A stretch of DNA of 34,842 nt. Origin: Anaerolineae bacterium (GTDB lineage Bacteria; Chloroflexota; Anaerolineae; JAADDB01). Below, piece after piece: positions 15,973 through 25,749 of the stretch. A model generated the notes under the pieces. That model was not told where the DNA came from. It did not search any database and saw nothing but the letters and a program-made list of their open reading frames with translations. The first letter of the stretch is position 1; each line of letters opens with the position of its first letter. The position numbers and the translations under genes were made by a program. Where the stretch lies: assembly GCA_026983525.1 (NCBI GenBank), contig JALWHQ010000435.1, positions 1 to 34,842 on the forward strand, given 5' to 3'.

Positions 15973-16649
15973 GCGAACGTTACAACGAGGAATTGTTCCC
16001 GGATCACGACCGCCTGGCGCGGCAGGGGTTTCCGGAGTTTGTTTTTGGGGAAGGGAAAACGCCGCAGCAGGTTGTTGCGGCAATACGGGCGTTGTTAGAA
16101 CGACAGGGGGGCGTTCTGGCGACGCGCGTCTCTCGCGAAGCCGCATCCCTGGCGCGAGCGCAGTTGCCCGGGGTTGAGTACCATGAGCAGGCGCGTGTAT
16201 TGCGCGTAGGCATGTTGCTATCCCCAACTACGATCCCATCCCTTCACATCACTATAACCACCGCCGGTACATCCGACACCGCCGTAGCCGAGGAAGCAGC
16301 GCTGGTAAGTGAATTCCTCGGTCATCGTGTCAGCCGCGTGTACGACGTGGGGGTCGCGGGGTTGCATCGCTTGATGGCTCACCAGGAGGAATTAGCCGAG
16401 GCGGACGCGCTCATCGTTGTCGCGGGTATGGAGGGCGCGCTCCCCTCGGTGGTGGGGGGATTGGTCGGCATTCCGGTGGTGGCAGTTCCCACCAGTGTGG
16501 GCTATGGCGCGCACTTCGGCGGCCTGGCTCCCCTCCTCGCCATGCTCAACAGTTGCGCGTCCGGCGTGGTGGTGGTCAATATCGACAACGGCTTCGGCGC
16601 GGCTTTGGCCGTGCACCGAATGGCCCAGATGCTGCGGAGGCATACATGA
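15969..16649 (+). CDS. larB: LarB, NaAD carboxylase/hydrolase for NPN cofactor synthesis (PurE-like)
   Basis: PurE-like core TTAGTSDTAVAEEA...VVAGMEGALPSVVGGLVGIPVVAVPTSVGYG. ATGA overlap with larE. Confidence 0.88.
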   Translation: MSERYNEELFPDHDRLARQGFPEFVFGEGKTPQQVVAAIRALLERQGGVLATRVSREAASLARAQLPGVEYHEQARVLRVGMLLSPTTIPSLHITITTAGTSDTAVAEEAALVSEFLGHRVSRVYDVGVAGLHRLMAHQEELAEADALIVVAGMEGALPSVVGGLVGIPVVAVPTSVGYGAHFGGLAPLLAMLNSCASGVVVVNIDNGFGAALAVHRMAQMLRRHT

Positions 16650-18028
16650 GCAGGATCGCCTATTTCGACGTTTTTGTGGGGGCAAGCGGGGATATGATCC
16701 TCGGGGCGTTGGTGGATGCCGGCCTTCCCCTACACGTTTTACAAGAAACGGTTGAAGCGCTGGGTCTGGGGAATGCTGTGAGTGTCCAGGCCGAGCGGGT
16801 GCACAAAGGAGCCATTGCAGGGACGAAGGTGACCGTCGTTACCCAGGGGGAGCCCGACCAACCCCACGCCCACCTTCGCCTTCCGGCTTCATCCCCTGAG
16901 GAACACGAGCATTCCCATCGCCACGACCACGCCCCCGATCATGACCACGAGCATCACCATGCCCACACTCACGACCACAGTCACGGTCACGAGCAGCACG
17001 AACATCGCGCCCTGAACGAGATTGTCACCCTGATCAAGGAGGCGGATTTGCCCGACCGGGTGAAGGAGCGGGCCATTGCTGTTTTCCGCCGCTTGGCCGA
17101 GGCCGAGGCGCGTGTACACGGCATCCCCGTTGACGAGATCCACTTTCACGAGGTGGGCGCGCTGGACGCGGTGGTGGACATCGTGGGGTGCGTCATGGGG
17201 CTGCACGCGCTGGGCGTGGAGCGCGTGGTTGCCTCCCCCATCCCCCTGACGCGGGGATACGTGGAGACGGCCCACGGCCGCTTGCCGGTCCCTGCACCGG
17301 CGACGATGATGTTACTGGAGGGCGTGCCCGTGCGCGGGTTGGACTTGGAGGCGGAGACGGTGACCCCTACGGGGGCCGCGCTGCTCACGACCCTGGCCGA
17401 TGCGTTTGGCCCTGTGCCCCCAATGAGGGTGGAACGGGTGGGACATGGTGCCGGAACGATGGACCTTCCCTTGCCCAACATGCTGCGCGTGTTGCTCGGT
17501 GCCCCCGTGTCTGCGCAGGATGAAGGCCCTCATGCCCACGCGGTGGTGTTGCTTTCCACCAACGTGGACGACATGCCGGGAGAATGGTTCGGGCCCCTGT
17601 TCGACGAACTGCTCTCTGCCGGGGCTCTGGACGTTTGGTTCACGCCCGTGCAGATGAAGAAAGGGCGCCCGGGTGTCGTCATCTCTGCCCTCACCTCACC
17701 CGACCGGGCAGGGGCTGTGCGGGATCTCCTGCTGCTGCGAACGACGACTCTGGGGGTGCGCGAGGAACTCCTCACGCGGTGGTGCCTCCCGCGCGAGGAA
17801 CAGGTCGTGAACACCCGGTGGGGGCAGGTGTGCGTGAAGGTAGCCCGCCTTCCCAACGGCACCATGCGCGTCAAGCCCGAATTCGACGATTGTCAGGCGC
17901 TGGCTCGCGAGCACGGCGTCAATGTGTGGGACGTGTACTACGAGGCTGTAGCCCGCTGGCGAGAGGTAGGGAATATGGAAGAGAGGGAGCCAGATAGGAG
18001 TGAAGATTCTGTAAGCCACAACATGTAG
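16646..18028 (+). CDS. larC: LarC, nickel insertase (DUF111 family), single unsplit ORF with a His-rich tract
   Basis: MSRIAYFDVFVGASGDMILGAL is a typical LarC start. His-rich tract EEHEHSHRHDHAPDHDHEHHHAHTHDHSHGHEQHEH; IHFHEVGALDAVVDIVG. ATGA overlap with the larB stop, so start is 16646 rather than 16553. Confidence 0.88.
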   Translation: MSRIAYFDVFVGASGDMILGALVDAGLPLHVLQETVEALGLGNAVSVQAERVHKGAIAGTKVTVVTQGEPDQPHAHLRLPASSPEEHEHSHRHDHAPDHDHEHHHAHTHDHSHGHEQHEHRALNEIVTLIKEADLPDRVKERAIAVFRRLAEAEARVHGIPVDEIHFHEVGALDAVVDIVGCVMGLHALGVERVVASPIPLTRGYVETAHGRLPVPAPATMMLLEGVPVRGLDLEAETVTPTGAALLTTLADAFGPVPPMRVERVGHGAGTMDLPLPNMLRVLLGAPVSAQDEGPHAHAVVLLSTNVDDMPGEWFGPLFDELLSAGALDVWFTPVQMKKGRPGVVISALTSPDRAGAVRDLLLLRTTTLGVREELLTRWCLPREEQVVNTRWGQVCVKVARLPNGTMRVKPEFDDCQALAREHGVNVWDVYYEAVARWREVGNMEEREPDRSEDSVSHNM

Positions 18029-18083
18029 AATCTCTTCCTCTCCTTTCTACCTTCCTCCTTCCTTGCTTATGGCCGTCGGGTGT

Positions 18084-18113
18084 TTATCAAAAGTCCAATG
18101 CCTACGGTATAAT
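18084..18113 (+). promoter_or_regulatory. Candidate promoter for mntA-hepT (and possibly lepA)
   Basis: TTATCA (18084-18089), 18-nt spacer, consensus TATAAT (18108-18113). Confidence 0.4.
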
Positions 18114-18215
18114 CGGAATTTACGAGGCAGGAGTGAGAATTTCCGCTTTCAAATGGATGGGACTGTTAATGTTGCCCAACCTGACCTACGGGTTGACGTA
18201 AGTTTGGAAGTACCG

Positions 18216-18653
18216 ATGGGGGCTGACGTCGAAACAGTGGTAGCCCATGTGCGGGACTATCTCTCCACGCAAGAGGATGTGCTGGCCGCATACCTCTTTG
18301 GTTCGCGCGCGCAGGGCCGCGCGCGACCCCAGAGCGACGTGGACATCGCCGTCCTCCTGCGGGAGGACCTGGACAGCGAAGCGCGCCTGTTCCGGCGGCT
18401 GAGCCTGGGGGATGCTCTTGAGCAACGGCTGGGACGACCGGTGGATTTGGTGGTACTCAACGACGCGCCCCTTCGGCTGCGGCACCAAGTGCTTCGACAC
18501 GGCAAACTCATATTCGAGCGGGATCGGGAGGCGCGCGTTGAGTTCGAGGTGCGTACAGGCAAACTGTACGCCGATATGAAGCCGGTGTACGATTTCTACG
18601 CCCGGGCCACGCTGCAGGAAATTAAGGAGGGGCGCTTTGGCGGCAGAAAGTGA
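18216..18653 (+). CDS. mntA: MntA-type minimal nucleotidyltransferase (antitoxin of a HepT/MntA type VII TA pair)
   Basis: GSX10DXD motif: LFGSRAQGRARPQSDVDIAVLL. Start is uncertain: 18216 gives about 145 aa, 18153 is also possible. The track start 18063 lies upstream of the predicted promoter. Confidence 0.8.
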   Translation: MGADVETVVAHVRDYLSTQEDVLAAYLFGSRAQGRARPQSDVDIAVLLREDLDSEARLFRRLSLGDALEQRLGRPVDLVVLNDAPLRLRHQVLRHGKLIFERDREARVEFEVRTGKLYADMKPVYDFYARATLQEIKEGRFGGRK

Positions 18654-19071
18654 TCCCATTATCGCAGAGCGAATAGGGCGCCTGCGGGAGGAAATCGCGT
18701 ATCTGAAAACTGAGCGTGCGACTGTCTCGTCTTACCAGGAATACGCCAGCAACGTACGCCTTAAGAAAGCCGTCGAGCGTAGCTTGCAGGTGGCTATCGA
18801 GGTCTGCCTGGATATTGGTCGCCGTATCATTGCCGTTGAGGGATTGCGTCACCCAGAGGAAAATCGGGAGGTGTTCGTCGTGCTGTACGAGGCAGGCATC
18901 CTGCCTGGAGACTTACTGCCGGTGTTGATCAACATGGCTCGCTTTCGCAACTTGATCGTGCATGACTATGCACGCGTCGATGATTCGCAGGTCTACGCCA
19001 TCCTCAAGCAACATCTGCATGACTTCGAAGCCTATGCGCGGGCAATTGCGCAATATCTGGAGCAACGATGA
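18637..19071 (+). CDS. hepT: HepT (DUF86/HEPN) RNase toxin
   Basis: RX4HXY motif: [11 protein letters not shown]. 144 aa. 17-nt overlap with mntA, the usual arrangement for this pair. Confidence 0.85.
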   Translation: MAAESDPIIAERIGRLREEIAYLKTERATVSSYQEYASNVRLKKAVERSLQVAIEVCLDIGRRIIAVEGLRHPEENREVFVVLYEAGILPGDLLPVLINMARFRNLIVHDYARVDDSQVYAILKQHLHDFEAYARAIAQYLEQR

Positions 19072-20876
19072 CCCTAAAGCAGGATCACCTTCGCAACTTT
19101 TCTATCATCGCTCACGTAGATCACGGCAAATCTACCCTCGCGGACCGCTTGCTGGAGATGACAGGCACGGTGGACCCGCGCCAGATGCAAGAGCAGGTCC
19201 TGGACAGCATGGACCTGGAGCGGGAACGCGGGGTAACCATCAAGGCCTCACCCGTGCGCATGTTCTACGAGTACAAGGGCGATGTCTACGAACTGAACCT
19301 GATCGACACGCCCGGTCACGTAGACTTTACCTACGAAGTGAGCCGCGCCCTGGCCGCCTGCGAAGGGGCCATCCTGGTCGTGGACGCCAGCCAAGGGATC
19401 GAAGCGCAGACCCTCGCCAATCTCTTCCTGGCCCTGGAGAACGATCTGGAAATCATCCCTGTGGTGAACAAAATCGACCTCCCCGCGGCCCAACCCGACC
19501 TGGTCGCGGGAGAGATTGCCAACCTGTTGGGAATCGATGCGGACGAGGTCCTGCGGGTTTCGGCCAAGGAAGGCATCAACGTCGACAAAGTGCTGGAGGC
19601 AGTGGTGGAGCGCATCCCGCCCCCGCGAGGCAATCCCACCGCGCCCCTTCGGGCCCTTGTTTTCGATTCCCAATACGATCCTTACAAGGGCGTGGTGGCC
19701 TCGGTACGGGTCGTGGACGGCGTGCTGCGCATGGGGGACATGTTGCGCATGATGAGCACCGGCGCGGACTTCGAGCCCCTGGAGGTGGGCGTTTTTGCAC
19801 CGGACATGCGTCCGACCGGGGAACTGCGTACCGGGGAAGTGGGGTACGTGGCTACCGGGCTGAAATCCGTGCGCGATGCCCGCGTCGGTGACACGATTAC
19901 CTTGGCAGCGACCCCTGCCCGTGACCCCTTGCCCGGCTACAAGCACATGAAGCCGATGGTTTTCGCGGGCATCTACCCCGTGGAGAGCGACGATTATAAT
20001 GCCCTGCGTGATGCATTGGAGAAGTTGCAACTCAACGACGCGGCCCTTGTGTTCGAGCCTGAAACGTCGCAAGCCCTGGGCTTTGGGTTCCGCGCCGGCT
20101 TCCTGGGCATGTTCCACATGGAGATTGTGCAGGAGCGCCTGGAGCGGGAGTACGGGTTGGACGTGCTCTTTACCGCGCCCTCTGTGGCGTACAAGGTACT
20201 CACGACCACGGGGGAAGAAATCACCATTCACAGTCCCGCCCAGTTGCCGGAGCCGACGAAAATCGAGGAAATTCGCGAGCCCTGGGTGCGGCTTGAGATT
20301 TACACGCCGGTGGATTACATTGGGCCCCTTATGGATCTGGTGATGAAACGGCGGGGTGTATTCCGGCGTCAGGAGTACTTGGATCAACGCCGCGTGCTCC
20401 TGGAGTACGACATCCCCCTGAGCGAGATCTTGGTGGATTTCTACAACGAATTGAAAGCCCGCTCACGCGGGTACGCGTCCATGGACTATCACTTCCTTGA
20501 GTACCGGCCGGGGGACCTGGTCAAGTTGGACATTCTGGTGGCCGGACAGCCGGTGGACGCGCTGTCCATTATCGTACACCGGGATCAGGCGTACCGCAAG
20601 GGACAAAAATTGGTCTCCAAAATGAAGGAGGTCATCCCCCGGCAGTTGTTCGACGTGCCCATTCAGGCGGCCATTGGAAAGAAGGTCATTTCGCGCGCCA
20701 ATGTGAAGGCCTTGCGCAAGGATGTGTTGGCTAAGTGTTATGGCGGTGACGTTACGCGCAAGCGAAAATTGCTGGAAAAGCAGAAGCGAGGTAAGAAGCG
20801 CCTGAAGATGATCGGGCATGTGGAGATTCCCCAAGAGGCCTTCATGAGCGTGTTGCGGCTGGAGGAGGAATCTTGA
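19068..20876 (+). CDS. lepA: Translation elongation factor 4 (LepA)
   Basis: [33 protein letters not shown], and the LepA-specific C-terminal domain ending [24 protein letters not shown] overlap with the hepT stop. Confidence 0.97.
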   Translation: MTLKQDHLRNFSIIAHVDHGKSTLADRLLEMTGTVDPRQMQEQVLDSMDLERERGVTIKASPVRMFYEYKGDVYELNLIDTPGHVDFTYEVSRALAACEGAILVVDASQGIEAQTLANLFLALENDLEIIPVVNKIDLPAAQPDLVAGEIANLLGIDADEVLRVSAKEGINVDKVLEAVVERIPPPRGNPTAPLRALVFDSQYDPYKGVVASVRVVDGVLRMGDMLRMMSTGADFEPLEVGVFAPDMRPTGELRTGEVGYVATGLKSVRDARVGDTITLAATPARDPLPGYKHMKPMVFAGIYPVESDDYNALRDALEKLQLNDAALVFEPETSQALGFGFRAGFLGMFHMEIVQERLEREYGLDVLFTAPSVAYKVLTTTGEEITIHSPAQLPEPTKIEEIREPWVRLEIYTPVDYIGPLMDLVMKRRGVFRRQEYLDQRRVLLEYDIPLSEILVDFYNELKARSRGYASMDYHFLEYRPGDLVKLDILVAGQPVDALSIIVHRDQAYRKGQKLVSKMKEVIPRQLFDVPIQAAIGKKVISRANVKALRKDVLAKCYGGDVTRKRKLLEKQKRGKKRLKMIGHVEIPQEAFMSVLRLEEES

Positions 20877-22426
20877 CCGCGGTGCTCTCCCTCGCGCTGA
20901 CGCCTTGGGGACCGGTGTTGGTGTTGCTCCTTGGCGCGGCGGCCTTGTTCCCGGTCAACGTTCGTCGGTTGCCGCGCGCGGTACAGGTGGTGACCATCGC
21001 CATTCTGTTCCTGGCCTGGACATGGGTGATGGCCTGGAGACTTTTACCCGCCCCTGTGGTAAGCGCCGAAGTGACGCGTGCCCCTCTGGATGTGGCTGTT
21101 TATGCTTTATTTCGAGTGGATACAACGACATGGCCTTTCTCGGCGACGGTAATGACGGTGGGGCTCATCGGCGCGCTCCTTTGGCCCACACGTCCGCCAA
21201 TTGGCCGCGTTTCCGGCCCCAGCGTGGGACTCATGTTTATTGTCGGCGCGTTGCTTATGACTATGGCAGGTAACCTCTTGGCTCTCTTTCTGGGGTGGGT
21301 GGTGATGGATGCGGCCTATCTTGCCTTGCTCCTCGAAGCGCACCCGCGGGCCACCGGGCGCGGCGTTGGGTTGACGTTGTTGGGCGCGCTGTTGCTCTGG
21401 GGCATTGTGGCGTTACTCCCCACCGACGTAAGCATCCAGCCCTGGGAACAACTCGTGCTGCCCGGATGGGCCCTGGGGGTGCTGGGGCTGAGCGTTTGGC
21501 TGCGCATTGGCGTGTATCCCCTGCACCGACCGCGTGACTTGCCCCTGCCCGGATTCCCTCCCCCGTGGTTGTGGTTGGATGTCATAGCCGGAGGGAGTTG
21601 GCTGGTCCGTTGGGCGCTGCTCATCGGTGCGAGCACCTTCTGGCAGAACAGGACGTGGTTGGTCGTGGCGGTCTTCGCCTTCTTTGGTAGCGCGTTGGCC
21701 GCATGGCTTTCCCCCTCTGTGGAGCGTCGGCTGGAATGGGCCCTTATTCATCGCACCAGCGTCTTCCTTTTATTACCCCTCGCCTCCCCCCCACCGTGGG
21801 ATGCCTTGGTCTTGTCCCTTGGGATAGCCATTGTCTTAGCAGGGGGGGCGCTTCTGACCTTGCGACATATGGGGCTTCCATTTGCCCAACAAATTGCAAG
21901 TGTGTTAGCGACCCTCATCTTTTGGGGGATGCCCTTTACTGCGGGAGCCCCGGCACGGCTTGTGATAGCCGGGGGGATGCAGTGGTACGTGTGGGTAGGT
22001 TTCTTGTTGATGTTGGGAGACGCCCTACTGTTGGGGACGCTTTTGGTGCCCGATATAGGACGGGGAAATGATGGGGGGGACTGGCGAGGGGCTTTGCGTG
22101 TAGGTATTTTGCTATTGCCTGTCATCCTCATCCCGGCGTTCCTCCCCATCCCTCCTAAACCGCCGTCCACTTGGCTTTGGGCGACGCTGCTCCCTCTCGT
22201 GCTCGGTGTTCTTGTGGCTTGGCAGTACGAGCGTATTTTCGTGGACGTGCGCGAGTGGGTGTGGGGGATGGAGGTTTTGACGTATCTTCGTCCCCTGGAG
22301 GTGGGGGGCCGCGGTCTAACTGTGTGGATGCTAACAGCCCTGGGGGGCATTGTGACCTTACTCGAGGGGGCGGCATGGTTGGGGTGGATCTTTCTCTTCG
22401 GCCTGGTATTGCTTCTCTGGCGATAG
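20873..22426 (+). CDS. Polytopic membrane protein, divergent NuoL/M/N-MrpD (proton antiporter-like) fold candidate
   Basis: TTG start overlaps the lepA TGA (TTGA) directly after GGAGGAGGAA. By-eye family motifs: [47 protein letters not shown]. 33 Trp and 1 Lys in 517 aa. The CDS is solid; the family call is tentative. Confidence 0.55.
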   Translation: MTAVLSLALTPWGPVLVLLLGAAALFPVNVRRLPRAVQVVTIAILFLAWTWVMAWRLLPAPVVSAEVTRAPLDVAVYALFRVDTTTWPFSATVMTVGLIGALLWPTRPPIGRVSGPSVGLMFIVGALLMTMAGNLLALFLGWVVMDAAYLALLLEAHPRATGRGVGLTLLGALLLWGIVALLPTDVSIQPWEQLVLPGWALGVLGLSVWLRIGVYPLHRPRDLPLPGFPPPWLWLDVIAGGSWLVRWALLIGASTFWQNRTWLVVAVFAFFGSALAAWLSPSVERRLEWALIHRTSVFLLLPLASPPPWDALVLSLGIAIVLAGGALLTLRHMGLPFAQQIASVLATLIFWGMPFTAGAPARLVIAGGMQWYVWVGFLLMLGDALLLGTLLVPDIGRGNDGGDWRGALRVGILLLPVILIPAFLPIPPKPPSTWLWATLLPLVLGVLVAWQYERIFVDVREWVWGMEVLTYLRPLEVGGRGLTVWMLTALGGIVTLLEGAAWLGWIFLFGLVLLLWR

Positions 22427-22445
22427 AGATTTGTGAGACCGGCCT

Positions 22446-23099
22446 ATGAACGGTAATGATCTTTGGCATGTACTGATGAATACGCGTTGGCCAGACATCC
22501 CGCGTCTGACGGCGGGATGGGAATGGGCTGCGCTGGGGGTATTGATTGCAGCCGTGGGAGTTCTCGTGTTGTGGGAGGACTGGCGTGTAGCGCTCTTAGG
22601 TTGGGTGGCTGTAGGGGCTGGGATGAGCCTCCTCCTGGTACGGTTGGTGCCGGTTCCTTGGGCACTTTCGAGACTGCTCGTAGTCGGCTTGGAAGGCACG
22701 CTATTTTGGTTGGGGGCGCGTCGTTGGCCTCGTTCCCCGCTACGTCTGGGCGGGGGACTGTGGGCGCGCTTACCTATCCTTGCTGTTGCGGGGATTGCTG
22801 TTTGGCAGTTGCAGCCTTATGTGCGCATCATGTGGCCCGACTCCGGGCGCGGTAATGCCGCGCTGGTTTTGACCATAGGAGGGATCCTGCTCATGGCCTT
22901 GCACGGCGACGGACTGCGAGGCATTCTCGGCCTCCTCCTCTGGCTGAACGCGACGATGCTTACCCTAGCCCAATTGCCCATTCCCACCGATTGGTTCGTC
23001 CTGTTGAGTTTGCTCGACCTCCTGATTGCTACTGTGGGCAGCATTGGCCTTTCCAGTGAAGGCGGCTGGGCCCGGCTGATGCGGAGGGTGACGCAATGA
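22446..23099 (+). CDS. Membrane protein with a C-terminal NuoK/MrpC-like segment lacking both carboxylates
   Basis: ILGLLLWLNATMLTLA compares with NuoK LIGLEIMINASALAF, and IATVGSIGL with AAAEASIGL (E. coli NuoK from memory). 16 Trp and 0 Lys in 217 aa. Weak SD, so the start is uncertain. Confidence 0.5.
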   Translation: MNGNDLWHVLMNTRWPDIPRLTAGWEWAALGVLIAAVGVLVLWEDWRVALLGWVAVGAGMSLLLVRLVPVPWALSRLLVVGLEGTLFWLGARRWPRSPLRLGGGLWARLPILAVAGIAVWQLQPYVRIMWPDSGRGNAALVLTIGGILLMALHGDGLRGILGLLLWLNATMLTLAQLPIPTDWFVLLSLLDLLIATVGSIGLSSEGGWARLMRRVTQ

Positions 23100-24445
23100 C
23101 CGGGGTAGCGTGGCTGCTTGAAGGGGCCATTGTCATTCTGCTGGGAACAATCCTCTTGAGCCGTTGGCCACGATTACAGGGCGCGTGGTGGGTCATCACG
23201 GGGGGATTCTTCTTGTGGGCTTTGGCCACGTGGCCTGGGGATCGGCTCATTCTCTTTCTTGGGCGTCCTTTGTATATGGAGCAACCTTTGACATGGGGGC
23301 ACCTTTCTCTGGCTTTGGATGGCCCCGCGCGCGAGGGCGTACGTATGATCTTGTGGGCCTTTGTACTTTGGGGGGGGATCTCCCTTCTCTTTCCCTCGTG
23401 GGGAGAGGGGGGAGCCTGGGCCAGCCTTGCGTTAATAGGCGGATTATTGGCATTGATGGTGACTTCCCTTTGGGCAGTGGGGTGGGCAGTGGCGATATGG
23501 GCTGCGCTGGTCGTGCTGGTAACATTGGGGGGACATTCGGCTCGGGGACTGGGCGTATGGCAGTGGTTGACCCCTTGGGTAGGCGCGACTCTTATCCTGT
23601 TCCTCCTCCTCATCTGGCCCGATCCGAACACGTCCGGCCCCGAAGCATGGCGAGTGCAATTGGTGGCTGTGGCCTTGGTATTGTGGGCGGGACTTGTCCC
23701 GCTCCATGTCGGTAGCGTCAACCTCACGGCTTTTGCCCGCCCCTTGGGCAGCGCCTGGCTGTGGTGGAGCCATTCTATCGTGGTGCTGACCGTGTTCCAC
23801 CGCGTGGATTTTCTACCGGGAATGGATGCGGCTTTCTGGCGGGCTCAGCCCTTCTTGCAAGTCGTGGGAATTGTGACCTTGGGCTGGGCAGGGATGGCTG
23901 CGCTGGGTGCGCGCGATGTAGGACGTATCACTGCTTACGCCGTGTTGCACAACTGGGCGCTCACCCTATTGTTGTGGATTGCTACCCCACAACGTGAGGA
24001 TGTGGTGCGTTGGGCCCTGGCTGTCCGTTTCGTGGGAGTGTACGTGACTACGTTGGGGTTAACCGCGCTGTTGCGAGAGGAGTATCGTCGTACGTTCGAT
24101 AGTCTGAGCGGTTGGGCGCGACGGCGTCCATGGACGGTGGCAGCATGGACTATTGGGGTAGGCACGTTGGTAGGCGCGCCCTTCACGCCAGGCATTTGGA
24201 CCCAGTGGATGGTCCACCGTTTGCCGATGGAGAGTCCCCTTGTGCCTTGGGGGAGTTTCGTGGGCTCTGCCGGGGTGATGCTCGGAGTGAGTCGGGCTTT
24301 GTTGGTTCTTTGGGGCCCCCTGCATAACCCGCTTTTGGTTAGGGAGGAAGGTTTGGCGCGAGCACTTATGTGGGGTATCGTAATAACTGTGGTCGTACTT
24401 GCTCTTATGCCTTCATGGGCCAACTCTCTGGGCGGACTTCTTTAG
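23096..24445 (+). CDS. Polytopic membrane protein, NuoN/MrpD-like with all four conserved charged residues replaced
   Basis: ATGA overlap with the upstream gene after GGAGGGTG. Compared with E. coli NuoN from memory: [10 protein letters not shown] vs [29 protein letters not shown] vs [50 protein letters not shown] vs [30 protein letters not shown]. 37 Trp and 0 Lys in 449 aa. Confidence 0.6.
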   Translation: [449 protein letters not shown]

Positions 24446-24577
24446 GCTAAGTGAGTCCACAACCTGAATGAATTTCCCTCTTCTCCTTTACAAGTGGACT
24501 TTTCTTACTCAAGACCCACGGCTGTTGACGTTGATCTCAGAAGTGTCACCAGGTGTGGAACCTGAGGGCTAAAACAG

Positions 24578-25621
24578 ATGATGGGACTCTCTGTGCAAGA
24601 GCAGCGTCTCCGCCAGGGATTGCATTACATGAACCCGCGTCAGGATTTGAAGGAGGTGGTCGATCTCCTTCAGGAAGTATTCGCGCCTTACATGGATTCC
24701 GAGGGGCGATACGTCCTTCAGGAGATGCGTCTCATGGCGCGTCTGGCCTCGTGGTTGGGTTCGTGGGCCATGGGCCCCGGCGTGTACGGGAGTGCCCTGG
24801 TTGGTTTCGTGTGGCTGGAAAACGGTCACGTCGTCGGCCATGTGACCGTCCAGCGCCTCGATTATGAAGGCATCCGCTGGCAGATTGCCAATGTGGCCGT
24901 GGCCGAGCCCTACAGGGGACGTGGCATTGGGCGGGCGCTGATGGATGCCGCGCTCGAGCACATTCGCCGCTTGGGAGGCACGTGGGCCGTACTTCAGGTG
25001 CGGGCCAACAACGAGCCTGCGCTTCACCTTTACCGCAGTCTTGGGTTTGAGACTGTTGGAGGCGAGGCCCGGTACGTGTGTACCATCCCTGCCCTCAACA
25101 GGGAACGACTCCAAACCCCACGCCTGGTGTTGCAGCCGTTAAGTTTCGAACACCTCGGGAGTGTGCGGGACCTGTACGCGCGCAGCCTGGGGCCGGACGC
25201 GCGCTGGTGGCGGCGTTCTTACCCGGCTCGTCCGCCCTATCCCGGCCTGAGAACGTGGCTCAAGCGCCTTGTCGGGTGGATCACAACGAAGCGGCTGGGG
25301 TACTGGGAGGGCAACCAACTTATGGCTGTCTTGGACGTCTTCGTGGATCGAAAGCAGCGTGAGGGGATCGCCCATATCGCCGTTGATTCGCGGGCCTGGG
25401 GGCGGTGGGAGGAAGATCTTGTCGCGTGGGCGATGGGCGTGGTAGAGCGTCACGGCGGTACGCGGATGACCATCCCTACGGACCTGGACTATGAGCCGCT
25501 GGTGCACACCCTTGAGGCCGCGGGCTTTGAGGAGGAATTTTGCCTGCTGAATATGCGCTTACGTGTGAAGGAGAGAGAGGGGGAGGAGTTGCTGCTGCAT
25601 CAAAGTGTAGCGGAGCAATAA
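24578..25621 (+). CDS. GNAT-family N-acetyltransferase (N-terminal GNAT domain plus a second GNAT-like half)
   Basis: Acetyl-CoA motif IANVAVAEPYRGRGIGRALMDAAL and LQVRANNEPALHLYRSLGFE. Confidence 0.8.
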   Translation: MMGLSVQEQRLRQGLHYMNPRQDLKEVVDLLQEVFAPYMDSEGRYVLQEMRLMARLASWLGSWAMGPGVYGSALVGFVWLENGHVVGHVTVQRLDYEGIRWQIANVAVAEPYRGRGIGRALMDAALEHIRRLGGTWAVLQVRANNEPALHLYRSLGFETVGGEARYVCTIPALNRERLQTPRLVLQPLSFEHLGSVRDLYARSLGPDARWWRRSYPARPPYPGLRTWLKRLVGWITTKRLGYWEGNQLMAVLDVFVDRKQREGIAHIAVDSRAWGRWEEDLVAWAMGVVERHGGTRMTIPTDLDYEPLVHTLEAAGFEEEFCLLNMRLRVKEREGEELLLHQSVAEQ

Positions 25622-25749
25622 GTCCGCGAAGAAAATTGCAAAGTGTACGTCAAAGACTAAAATTGGAAGAGTGATCCTGAGAACGCATTGGGTTACCCGA
25701 TAGGTGGGATAAAAGATGCTCACCTTATGCTCAGACCGAGGAGGAGCAC

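Noticed and set aside
18031-18064. 34-nt polypyrimidine (CT) tract with several CCTCC motifs just after the larC stop
   Set aside because: Real and striking by eye, but I could find no complementary purine tract nearby, no ORF on the opposite strand and no hairpin. It may be simple low-complexity spacer, so it is not promoted to a finding.
18962-19891. 309-aa + strand ORF overlapping hepT and lepA in another frame
   Set aside because: Extremely Arg/Gly/Pro-rich with no motif. The overlapping frames encode canonical HepT and LepA.
24446-24577. Possible terminator or promoter after the membrane trio (AGTCCAC...GTGGACT stem, TTGACG box)
   Set aside because: The stem is only 7 bp with a roughly 34-nt loop, and there is no matching -10 box at proper spacing. 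Too weak to call.
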